Source: an uncultured Candidatus Saccharibacteria bacterium (GTDB taxonomy: Bacteria; Patescibacteriota; Minisyncoccia; Phycocordibacterales; PALSA-1337). From it: a stretch of DNA of 64,000 nucleotides. Made by a program: the position numbers and the translations under genes. The notes under the pieces were generated by a model that saw only the letters and a program-made list of their open reading frames with translations, did not search any database and was not told the origin of the DNA. Below are positions 20,509 through 27,599 of the stretch, piece after piece. Where the stretch lies: positions 289,318 through 353,317 of the forward strand of contig CAYWKB010000001.1 of the NCBI GenBank assembly GCA_964459225.1, given 5' to 3'. The stretch's first letter is position 1. The number at the start of each line of letters is the position of its first letter.

Positions 20509-21105
20509 ATGGCATACATAATTGCAGGTTTAGGAAATCCAGGACAAGAATACACAAATACTCGTCACAATACAGGACGAATTGTTTTGGATTATATTAA
20601 AAATGAATTCAAGGGCGAAGATTTTGTGTCAGAAAAGAAATCCAATGCACTTGTAAGTGAAATAAAAATAGGAAAAGAAAAAATAAAACTAATTGAACCA
20701 GAAACATTTATGAATAATTCTGGTAAGTCTATCGTAACTGCTGTTAAAAGTGTAAAAGCAGCAGAAAAGCTGATTGTTATATATGATGATTTTAATTTAC
20801 CTTTTGGAAAGATAAGAATTTCATTTAATAGAAGTTCAGGTGGGCATAATGGTGTTGAATCTATAATCAAATCAATTAAAACCGAGGCATTTATAAGAAT
20901 ACGCATTGGTGTATCTCCCGAAAATGCAAAAGGTATAGCAAAAGTTCCACATGGAAATGATAAAATAGAAAAATTCATATTAGGAGACTTTAAAGATGAT
21001 GAATTAAAAGAATTGAAAAAAATATCTAAAAAATGTGCTTTAGCTATTGAAACAATAGTAAAAGAAGGAAGGGAAAAAGCGATGAGTGTCTATAATGCAG
21101 ATTAA
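20509..21105 (+). CDS. pth: peptidyl-tRNA hydrolase (start taken at internal Met; maximal ORF from 20422 would overlap divergent lepB)
   Basis: MAYIIAGLGNPGQEYTNTRHNTGR Pth N-terminal signature. Confidence 0.85.
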   Translation: MAYIIAGLGNPGQEYTNTRHNTGRIVLDYIKNEFKGEDFVSEKKSNALVSEIKIGKEKIKLIEPETFMNNSGKSIVTAVKSVKAAEKLIVIYDDFNLPFGKIRISFNRSSGGHNGVESIIKSIKTEAFIRIRIGVSPENAKGIAKVPHGNDKIEKFILGDFKDDELKELKKISKKCALAIETIVKEGREKAMSVYNAD

Positions 21106-22335
21106 ATGAATTTAGAAGATTTCAAAAAATTAAATTTACCAGATACTCCTGGGGTGTATTTTTTTAAGGATAATAATAAAAATATACTATATATAGGTAG
21201 AGCAACATCACTCTATGATCGTGTTAAGAGTTATTTTTCAAATGATTTAATACAGACTAGAGGACCGCTTCTTGTTGATATGATTACAAAATCAAATACT
21301 GTTGAATATATTCAAACAGATACTGTACTTGAGGCAATAATACTTGAATCAAATGAAATCAAAAAATATACGCCATACTATAATACAAAGGAAAAGGATA
21401 ATAAAAGCTATAACTTTGTAGTGATTACAGACGAAGAGTTTCCAAGAGTTATAATGGTACGAGGAAGGACTTTGGAAATCTTAAATGAAAAGGATTTGGG
21501 CTATAAGATTAAATATCAGTTTGGGCCGTACCCTCAAGGTAGTTTATTACGTGATGCCTTGAAAATAATAAGAAAAATATTTCCTTTTAGAGATGAAAAG
21601 GCAAAATTAAAACATCAAGAATCATTTTATAAATCACTTGGACTTTCACCAGATACAGAATCTCCAAATGCAAAAAAAGAATATCAAAGGACTATTAGAA
21701 ATCTTGTTTTATTTTTTGAAGGTAAAAAAGGTCAATTGATTAATACCCTTGAAAAAGAAATGAATGAATTTTCTTTGGCTCAAGATTTTGAAAATGCAAA
21801 AAAGACTAGAGATACGCTATATGCATTAACACATATTCAAGACATTTCACTTATTAAAAATGAAATTAATTTTGATAATACTGATAAAGTAGGGTTTAAA
21901 ATTGAATCATATGATATTGCTCATATGTCGGGTCAGGATACTGTCGGTGTTATGACTGTTGTTATTAATGGCGAAATAGAAAAGGGTCAGTATAAGAAAT
22001 TTAAAATAAGTATTGATGCAAATGATGATACTGCAGGGATAAAAGAAATATTAAATAGAAGATTAAAGCATAATGAATGGAGATTTCCTGATCTTATAGT
22101 TATAGATGGTGGACTCGGACAGATTAATTCAGCAAAAGAGGTTTTGAATAATTTAAATATTAATATCCCTATTGTTTCAGTTGTTAAAAATGATGCACAT
22201 AAACCAAGTTATTTTTTGGGTGATGAAGAAATGGCAAAAAAGTATACAAAAGATATTTTGCTTGCAAATAGTGAATCCCATAGATTTGCAATTGCTTATC
22301 ATAAGAAATTAAGGACTAAAAGATTTATTAGGTAA
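21106..22335 (+). CDS. uvrC: excinuclease ABC subunit C, short form lacking the C-terminal (HhH)2 domain
   Basis: 409 aa; GIY-YIG (PGVYFFKDNNKNILYIGRATSLYDRVKSYF), UVR motif, RNase H-like endonuclease region (DLIVIDGGLGQINSAKEVL); ends without an HhH domain. Confidence 0.72.
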   Translation: MNLEDFKKLNLPDTPGVYFFKDNNKNILYIGRATSLYDRVKSYFSNDLIQTRGPLLVDMITKSNTVEYIQTDTVLEAIILESNEIKKYTPYYNTKEKDNKSYNFVVITDEEFPRVIMVRGRTLEILNEKDLGYKIKYQFGPYPQGSLLRDALKIIRKIFPFRDEKAKLKHQESFYKSLGLSPDTESPNAKKEYQRTIRNLVLFFEGKKGQLINTLEKEMNEFSLAQDFENAKKTRDTLYALTHIQDISLIKNEINFDNTDKVGFKIESYDIAHMSGQDTVGVMTVVINGEIEKGQYKKFKISIDANDDTAGIKEILNRRLKHNEWRFPDLIVIDGGLGQINSAKEVLNNLNINIPIVSVVKNDAHKPSYFLGDEEMAKKYTKDILLANSESHRFAIAYHKKLRTKRFIR

Positions 22336-22428
22336 AAATGGACTCGTCGACTTGCGCTCGGGAGATATTTTTTCTTCAATTAATTTCAGAAAAAACACTC
22401 CCTCACCGTGCCGAGTCTCATTTTTACT
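22328..22428 (+). repeat. structured repeat element, copy 1 (conserved flanks, variable central hairpin, U-tract)
   Basis: 36-nt 5' flank taggtaaaaatggactcgtcgacttgcgctcgggag and 29-nt 3' flank ctccctcaccgtgccgagtctcattttta are identical to copy 2. Centre is hairpin ttttttct/agaaaaaa. P1 gactcg/cgagtc, P2 gggag/ctccc. Confidence 0.55.
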
Positions 22429-22463
22429 AATATTACTTCATTTCATCTGCTATAATATATCTC

Positions 22464-23429
22464 ATGCATAGAATACGTGTTGGAGTTTTGCGTGGAGGTC
22501 CGAGCAATGAATACGATGTGTCTTTAAATACTGGAGCTACTGTTCTTGGTAATCTTTCTCCTGAAAAATACAATGTAAAAGATATTTTGATAGATAAAAA
22601 TGGTGTCTGGCATTTGCATGGTATTCCTAGATTGCCTCATGAAGTACTTGCAAATCTCGATGTTGTTTTTAATGCTTTACATGGCGAATATGGTGAGGAC
22701 GGAAAGGTTCAACATATTTTGGAAACTCATGGCATTCCTTATACTGGTTCAAATTCATTTGCTTCTGCAATTGGAATGAATAAACAGATGTCAAAAGATG
22801 TTTATAAGAAAAATAATATCAAAACTCCTGACTCTATTCTTTTGGAATCTCTTTCTGATTTGAGTAAAAATGTTCATGAAATCTTTAAAAAATATCCTCT
22901 ACCTGTTGTGGTTAAACCAACTTCGGGCGGTTCATCTGTTGGTGTTGATCTGGTCTATGATTATAAATATCTAGATGATGCTATAAAAAAGGCATTTGAA
23001 CATTCTCGTTCTGTTATGATTGAAGAATATATAAAAGGTAGGGAAGCCACCTGTGGTGTTGTTGATAATTATCGTGAAAAAGATTTCTATACCTTACCTC
23101 CTATTGAAATTAGACATAATAATAAGTTTTTTGATTATGATGCTAAATATGGTGGTAAAAGTGAGGAAATTGTTCCGGGATATTTTACTGATGAGGAAAA
23201 AAGGGAAATCGAGAGATTGTCTGTTGAGGCTCATAAGGCTCTTGGTATGAGGCATTATTCTCGTTCGGATTTTATTATTCATCCTAGTCGGGGTATATTT
23301 ATTTTGGAGACTAATTCTCTACCTGGTTTGACTAAGGAAAGTCTTATTCCTAAGGCATTGCATGCTGTTGGGGCTTCTATTTCTCATTTCCTCGATCATA
23401 TTATTGAGCTTGCAATAAGGAGGAAATAA
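22464..23429 (+). CDS. ddl: D-alanine--D-alanine ligase
   Basis: 321 aa; ATP-grasp with N-terminal RIRVGVLRGGPSNEYDVSL typical of Ddl. Confidence 0.9.
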   Translation: MHRIRVGVLRGGPSNEYDVSLNTGATVLGNLSPEKYNVKDILIDKNGVWHLHGIPRLPHEVLANLDVVFNALHGEYGEDGKVQHILETHGIPYTGSNSFASAIGMNKQMSKDVYKKNNIKTPDSILLESLSDLSKNVHEIFKKYPLPVVVKPTSGGSSVGVDLVYDYKYLDDAIKKAFEHSRSVMIEEYIKGREATCGVVDNYREKDFYTLPPIEIRHNNKFFDYDAKYGGKSEEIVPGYFTDEEKREIERLSVEAHKALGMRHYSRSDFIIHPSRGIFILETNSLPGLTKESLIPKALHAVGASISHFLDHIIELAIRRK

Positions 23430-23460
23430 TGTAGAATAATTTTGTTCGGTTATATTGAGT

Positions 23461-23561
23461 CTAGGTAAAAATGGACTCGTCGACTTGCGCTCGGGAGTAC
23501 TTTTATTTGTTCGCAAGCTCAAAATAAAAGTCTCCCTCACCGTGCCGAGTCTCATTTTTAC
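23461..23561 (+). repeat. structured repeat element, copy 2
   Basis: Same flanks as copy 1; the centre is replaced by an unrelated hairpin acttttatttg/caaaataaaagt (loop ttcgcaagct) that preserves the fold. Confidence 0.55.
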
Positions 23562-23576
23562 AAAAAATAAACACAT

Positions 23577-23649
23577 GGGCCCGTAGCTCAGTTGGTAGAG
23601 CAATCGCTTTGCAAGCGAAAGGTCAGGAGTTCGAATCTCCTCGGGTCCA
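23577..23649 (+). tRNA. tRNA-Ala (anticodon UGC)
   Basis: Cloverleaf: acceptor gggcccg/cgggtcc with G3:U70 Ala identity pair, D-arm gctcagttggtagagc, anticodon loop ttTGCaa, T-arm aggag-ttcgaat-ctcct, discriminator A; CCA not encoded. Confidence 0.92.
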
Positions 23650-23663
23650 CAACTAAAGAAAAA

Positions 23664-23690
23664 GCTGGCACATGCCAGTTTTTTATTTTG
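23664..23690 (+). terminator. Rho-independent terminator after tRNA-Ala
   Basis: ctggca-ca-tgccag hairpin followed by ttttttatttt. Confidence 0.6.
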
Positions 23691-23798
23691 TCTTGGATCT
23701 TGAGATTAGATGAATATTATTAATAGTGGGTGTTAAAAAGATTAAATAGTTTTTGTATTTACTATTTAAAAATCACTCTCAATAAGTTATTTTCTAAA

Positions 23799-23827
23799 TT
23801 GACATCATTTAGATTATAGAACATAAT
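23799..23827 (+). promoter_or_regulatory. sigma70-like promoter for leader copy 1
   Basis: TTGACA-N17-CATAAT; the predicted start site coincides with the first base of the 104-nt repeated leader. Confidence 0.45.
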
Positions 23828-23831
23828 CCCC

Positions 23832-23935
23832 AACAGAATAGTCACCCAACTAAACTACATTATCTGAAAAGTTTTCATGATTTGTTGATTATGAAAATGG
23901 GAAAGTCCCTCAGAGGTGTTGTATGGGGTTAAAAT
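23832..23935 (+). repeat. 104-nt conserved 5' leader, copy 1
   Basis: Identical to 24680-24783 except one base (TAA vs TAC, 6 nt before the ATG). Contains hairpin ttttcatga/ttatgaaaa and SD-like GGGG 9 nt before the ATG. Identity begins at the predicted start site and ends at the start codon. Confidence 0.6.
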
Positions 23936-24559
23936 ATGGAATCGTCTTTTACCCGTGAAAGTATTTCCAGGTCTATAGACCAAGTGAGTCTAGAACTCCA
24001 GTCTAATTGGGGCTCAAGAAATAATTGTCGTCCCGGAGGATTTGCAAATGAATACTGCAGATTAATAAATAAAAGGGAGTCATTAAGTATTGCCTTCAAG
24101 GTTTTTGTCGCTCTGTTTGTGTTGTTTGCAATAGTGGCAATCATCTCAATTTTTAAGGGCGGCTCAATATGGTATATGGTAGTTACGATTGTCATTGGAT
24201 TGATAGCTTTGTGTTTATCTTGCTTGGTCGAATATACCGATCATGAACTTAATGAACTTATTTTATTGATAAAGCAATTCAATTCTGATTTTATTGATCT
24301 GATGATTCCTGTCAGTGTCAATAAGCCTATCGATAAACAGTATTTAATCGACCATGTGACATCACTAGCAATTGCGTGTCGTGAATGCATATCAGCTGGT
24401 GCTGGGCATCTTAACTTAACAGGTGATATTGATGAACAGATATTTATAATCCATAGAGCCACCGACCGCTACTGTAAAGCAGTTAACGGTGCTGCGAAGT
24501 TTGGTGTTAAAATAACCGGCGAAATGATCTCTTCGGGAATTGCCACCAGACATTCATGA
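23936..24559 (+). CDS. hypothetical membrane protein (two TM helices plus C-terminal soluble domain), paralog A
   Basis: 207 aa; hydrophobic segments FKVFVALFVLFAIVAIISIF and WYMVVTIVIGLIALCLSCLV; C-terminal FGVKITGEM motif shared with paralog B. Confidence 0.55.
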   Translation: MESSFTRESISRSIDQVSLELQSNWGSRNNCRPGGFANEYCRLINKRESLSIAFKVFVALFVLFAIVAIISIFKGGSIWYMVVTIVIGLIALCLSCLVEYTDHELNELILLIKQFNSDFIDLMIPVSVNKPIDKQYLIDHVTSLAIACRECISAGAGHLNLTGDIDEQIFIIHRATDRYCKAVNGAAKFGVKITGEMISSGIATRHS

Positions 24560-24570
24560 CTCTCACCTCG

Positions 24571-24615
24571 GTTTTTCAATCAGTCCCTGTGCTAGTAGAA
24601 ACTAGTACCGGGACT
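24571..24615 (+). terminator. Rho-independent terminator after paralog A
   Basis: cagtccc...gggactg extended stem followed by ctttttatt. Confidence 0.55.
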
Positions 24616-24646
24616 GCTTTTTATTATCATGAATGTATAATGTATC

Positions 24647-24675
24647 TTGACAATACCACATAAAGACAGTATGGT
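24647..24675 (+). promoter_or_regulatory. sigma70-like promoter for leader copy 2
   Basis: TTGACA-N17-TATGGT ending just 5' of repeat copy 2. Confidence 0.45.
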
Positions 24676-24679
24676 ATTT

Positions 24680-24783
24680 AACAGAATAGTCACCCAACTA
24701 AACTACATTATCTGAAAAGTTTTCATGATTTGTTGATTATGAAAATGGGAAAGTCCCTCAGAGGTGTTGTATGGGGTTACAAT
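24680..24783 (+). repeat. 104-nt conserved 5' leader, copy 2
   Basis: See copy 1. Here the leader mini-ORF MKMGKSLRGVVWG reads through (TAC) in frame into the main ORF, so the maximal ORF starts at 24730. Confidence 0.6.
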
Positions 24784-25344
24784 ATGGGCAAGAAAATTAA
24801 TTTAGCTAAATTCAAAGTAGCACTAGACCGAATAGACTCTGAGCTAGTCAGGATATGGAATGAAAAATACAGTTGCGACTTGAAAGATCTTCCCAGGCGG
24901 TATAATGATTGTAGGGCAAAGAGATCTGAATTTAAACTTAAAGAAGGAAAACGGATTTTCTTCATCGTGCTCACTTTTTTCCTTACTATGTATTTTAAAG
25001 GGAATAGTTATGAGCCATCATTGCCGGCGTTTCTGTCTGTGTCCGCCTGTATCATCCTGTTTCTTGAATGGCTCCTTTTTTCTCAAAGCATAAGCATAGA
25101 AAAAAGGAATCTGACAGAAAGCCTTGAAAGAACAGAGCTCATGATCAAAAATTTCATATTCGCTGTGAATTCACTGCTTATTGCAGACCCAGTTGCGATA
25201 ACTACGCAGACAATAATACAACGTGCGAGAGAGATTCATAATAATTTCTCTGAGAATCAAATAACTATAAACAGAGCATACATATGCTTTGAAAGATCAG
25301 CTGAGTCATTTGGTGTTAAGGTCAGTGAGTTGACTCTAAAGTAA
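24784..25344 (+). CDS. hypothetical membrane protein, paralog B (start at position-equivalent ATG; in-frame extension to 24730 possible)
   Basis: Same architecture as paralog A (2 TM: IFFIVLTFFLTMYF and AFLSVSACIILFLEWLLF; C-terminal SFGVKVSELT) but strongly diverged. Confidence 0.5.
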   Translation: MGKKINLAKFKVALDRIDSELVRIWNEKYSCDLKDLPRRYNDCRAKRSEFKLKEGKRIFFIVLTFFLTMYFKGNSYEPSLPAFLSVSACIILFLEWLLFSQSISIEKRNLTESLERTELMIKNFIFAVNSLLIADPVAITTQTIIQRAREIHNNFSENQITINRAYICFERSAESFGVKVSELTLK

Positions 25345-25426
25345 AATGTCCCAATTTCCACAACCCCTTGTTTGGTAGAATCCAGGCAAGGGGCTTGTCT
25401 TATGTATAAAAGTGATATTTAAGACT

Positions 25427-25467
25427 TGTCAATACACTATTGACATAATTATTATTTAGTGTATAGT
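25427..25467 (+). promoter_or_regulatory. palindromic operator overlapping a sigma70-like promoter
   Basis: Perfect inverted repeat TGTCAATA-cac-TATTGACA whose right half supplies the -35 TTGACA; N16 then TATAGT; SD AAGGAG before ATG 25542. Confidence 0.45.
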
Positions 25468-25541
25468 ATTTTTCAGGTGGATCTTAAAAGAAGTTTGAGG
25501 TCCAGTGAAATAGAACAGATAAATCTAACTTTAAAGGAGTT

Positions 25542-25766
25542 ATGGAATTCGAAAGTATATTTATTATTGCAATCGTATCTGCAATTACTATTGTTAAAGT
25601 CACCAAGATTGTTTTTGAAAAAAAGGAGACAAATGTATATGATTCACAATGTGAGAGTTATAGGGCGAGTTCTGCGGCTGAGATAGAGAAGATTAAAGCA
25701 GATGCCGCAGTTGAGATCGCCAAACACCAAAAGGTGTGCGCAAAGTGTGGTGGAAGCCTACAATAG
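25542..25766 (+). CDS. small hypothetical membrane protein (74 aa)
   Basis: Good SD AAGGAG; N-terminal TM IFIIAIVSAITIVKV; C-terminal CAKCGG; own promoter and terminator. Confidence 0.45.
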   Translation: MEFESIFIIAIVSAITIVKVTKIVFEKKETNVYDSQCESYRASSAAEIEKIKADAAVEIAKHQKVCAKCGGSLQ

Positions 25767-25791
25767 GGAAAACCACCACACTCCAACCACA

Positions 25792-25840
25792 AAGCCCCAG
25801 ACAACTTGCTTGTCCTGGGGCTTCCGCTTTTGTGATTTTT
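25792..25840 (+). terminator. Rho-independent terminator
   Basis: aagccccag/ctggggctt stem followed by T-rich ccgcttttgtgattttt. Confidence 0.55.
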
Positions 25841-25938
25841 ATGTTACATTTTGTTAGGTTCAGTTCCTAACCTATTCCATATGTTCCACGTATGGAATGA
25901 AATAAAGAGGTTAACAATCAAAGAGAAAGGAGGTAAAA

Positions 25939-26130
25939 ATGGAAAAAATAATCCAAGTAGAGGAATTTGAAGCCGATATGTCGGATGGCGAAGTGGCCAT
26001 TAGCAGTTCTGAGTCCGATTCGGCAATGACCGAGATTACAGACATCCAGTCTTTGTGGCTCGCTGTGTGCTACCCAGAATACATTGCTGGTAGGAATGCG
26101 CGGAAATTGCGCCATAAAAAAATCCCTTAA
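25939..26130 (+). CDS. small acidic hypothetical protein (63 aa)
   Basis: Very strong SD AAAGGAGGT 5 nt before the ATG; D/E/S-rich N-terminal two thirds; basic tail RNARKLRHKKIP; upstream hairpins; own terminator. Confidence 0.5.
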   Translation: MEKIIQVEEFEADMSDGEVAISSSESDSAMTEITDIQSLWLAVCYPEYIAGRNARKLRHKKIP

Positions 26131-26163
26131 ACACCCATAACCTAGTATGAAAAAAGACTAGAA

Positions 26164-26194
26164 AACACTTCGCTTCTGCGAGGTGTTTTTGTTG
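26164..26194 (+). terminator. Rho-independent terminator
   Basis: aacacttcgc-ttct-gcgaggtgtt (one G-U) then ttttgttg. Confidence 0.55.
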
Positions 26195-26228
26195 TATAAT
26201 AAAACAATTAATCTTTAATTTAATATAA

Positions 26229-26609
26229 ATGAATAGAGTTACACATTTTGAAATACAAGCTGATGATATTGAAAGAGCCACAAATTTTTATAGCGAAATT
26301 TTTAATTGGGAAATTAAAAAATGGGATGGTATGGAATATTGGATGGTGATGACAGCTCCAATGGATAGCACTGAAAGAGGGATAAATGGAGGATTATTAA
26401 AAAGGCCAGCGAATGTAAAAGAATTGCAAAAAGGCACAAATGCTTACGTATGTACAATTGAAGTTTCTGATTTTGATAATATTGCAGATAAAATATTAAA
26501 AGCGGGAGGAATTGTGGCTATGCCAAAATTTGATATAGGAGGTATGGCATGGCAGGGATATTTTATAGATACAGAAGGAAATACATTTGGATTGCATCAG
26601 AGGAAATAA
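26229..26609 (+). CDS. VOC/glyoxalase-bleomycin resistance family protein
   Basis: 126 aa; N-terminal VTHFEIQADDIERATNFYSEIFNWE typical glyoxalase-like fold. Confidence 0.72.
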   Translation: MNRVTHFEIQADDIERATNFYSEIFNWEIKKWDGMEYWMVMTAPMDSTERGINGGLLKRPANVKELQKGTNAYVCTIEVSDFDNIADKILKAGGIVAMPKFDIGGMAWQGYFIDTEGNTFGLHQRK

Positions 26610-26640
26610 AATTAGACCCACATTTCTTACGAATGGGGGT

Positions 26641-27201
26641 CTAAATGATTGTCTCCTTTTGGGAGACTTTACCGTCTTCATCTATTATGAGATTGGTTTG
26701 GTCATTGTTCCCAAAAAATCTCCAGAAATCATCTCGCTGTCTCCATGCTTTACCAAGAAATCTGAAATGATCGCAAGTACCTATCACCTTTATCCTTCCT
26801 TCTCTTGTTAAATAAAAATGATTAAAAGGGAAGGATAATGTTGTGTGTGTCTGAATTATGGGTAAATCCTCAGGATCGCTTACCCATTCAAACCCAACCC
26901 TCTTTCTTCTTATACTGAGAATTGTCTGCAATGGCCTACAATCCATTCTTTGCCAGGATATAAAATCCTTTCTGCTTTTAGGATAATTACCCTCATATGC
27001 CCAATTAAGATGAACGGTTATGATTTTACCAACACTATCTAAAACTGGTGCTTCTGAAAGTTCACCTCTCATTATATTTTTACCATGATTCATTTGAACT
27101 TGTATTGGTTTAAGTTCATTGAATAGTCTTTGTAATTCACATGGATCACGTTGGTCCTTGTGCAGACCTGTAATAGATCGCTTTTTGAACATATCTCTCA
27201 C
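26641..27201 (-). CDS. hypothetical protein (divergent from the LexA-box region)
   Basis: 186 aa; no motif recognised; start lies ~125 nt from the LexA box on the opposite strand. Confidence 0.5.
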   Translation of the reverse strand: MRDMFKKRSITGLHKDQRDPCELQRLFNELKPIQVQMNHGKNIMRGELSEAPVLDSVGKIITVHLNWAYEGNYPKSRKDFISWQRMDCRPLQTILSIRRKRVGFEWVSDPEDLPIIQTHTTLSFPFNHFYLTREGRIKVIGTCDHFRFLGKAWRQRDDFWRFFGNNDQTNLIIDEDGKVSQKETII

Positions 27202-27319
27202 CTCCTCTCAATTGTTAATTGTTTGTGCTGTTCGACGACATTATATCATCTAAATAATTTTCAAACAGTGATTTTTTGTGTTGTAATTGTATTTTATGCC
27301 AGTTATCCACAATATTTAA

Positions 27320-27348
27320 TTGCAGGTGAACGACTGTTCACTTATAAT
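27320..27348 (+). promoter_or_regulatory. LexA (Cheo-type) SOS box overlapping a sigma70-like promoter
   Basis: gtGAACgactGTTCac palindrome (GAAC-N4-GTTC) at 27326-27341, immediately followed by -10 TATAAT (27343-27348); -35-like TTGCAG 17 nt upstream. Confidence 0.55.
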
Positions 27349-27381
27349 ATAAATACATTAGAAATATTAATTTTTATAAAT

Positions 27382-27591
27382 ATGAGTAAAATACAATTAG
27401 CACAAAAAATTAGAAAAGAAATAAAAAAGTTAAACAGGGAAATAGATCTTAAGATTATAAAAGGTCTACCATACAAGGCAGAGGCAAGACGCCATAAGTT
27501 TCTAGTATCACAGTTTTATGGATTCTATGAAACTCAAAAGGCAAGTTGGTTCAAAAAGACGGTATACAGTTTGGCGAGCTTTATGTTATAA
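27382..27591 (+). CDS. small basic hypothetical protein (69 aa) in the LexA-box-driven transcript upstream of lexA
   Basis: ATG 34 nt downstream of the SOS-box promoter; MSKIQLAQKIRKEIKK...; ends 9 nt before the lexA ATG. No homolog recognised. Confidence 0.4.
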   Translation: MSKIQLAQKIRKEIKKLNREIDLKIIKGLPYKAEARRHKFLVSQFYGFYETQKASWFKKTVYSLASFML

Positions 27592-27599
27592 ATTATATA

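Noticed and set aside
22339-22437. Peptide reading of the structured repeat (AGGT-N5-ATG GAC TCG TCG ACT TGC GCT CGG GAG...)
   Set aside because: The two copies give peptides of different length and unrelated C-termini (32 vs 18 aa) because the centre differs, whereas RNA pairing is preserved. A structured RNA/DNA element is more parsimonious than a conserved peptide.
23871-23935. 13-codon mini-ORF MKMGKSLRGVVWG in the conserved leader as a regulatory leader peptide
   Set aside because: It has no SD of its own and is identical in both copies at the nucleotide level (so no coding-specific signal). It is kept only as a remark because the single leader difference converts its stop codon.
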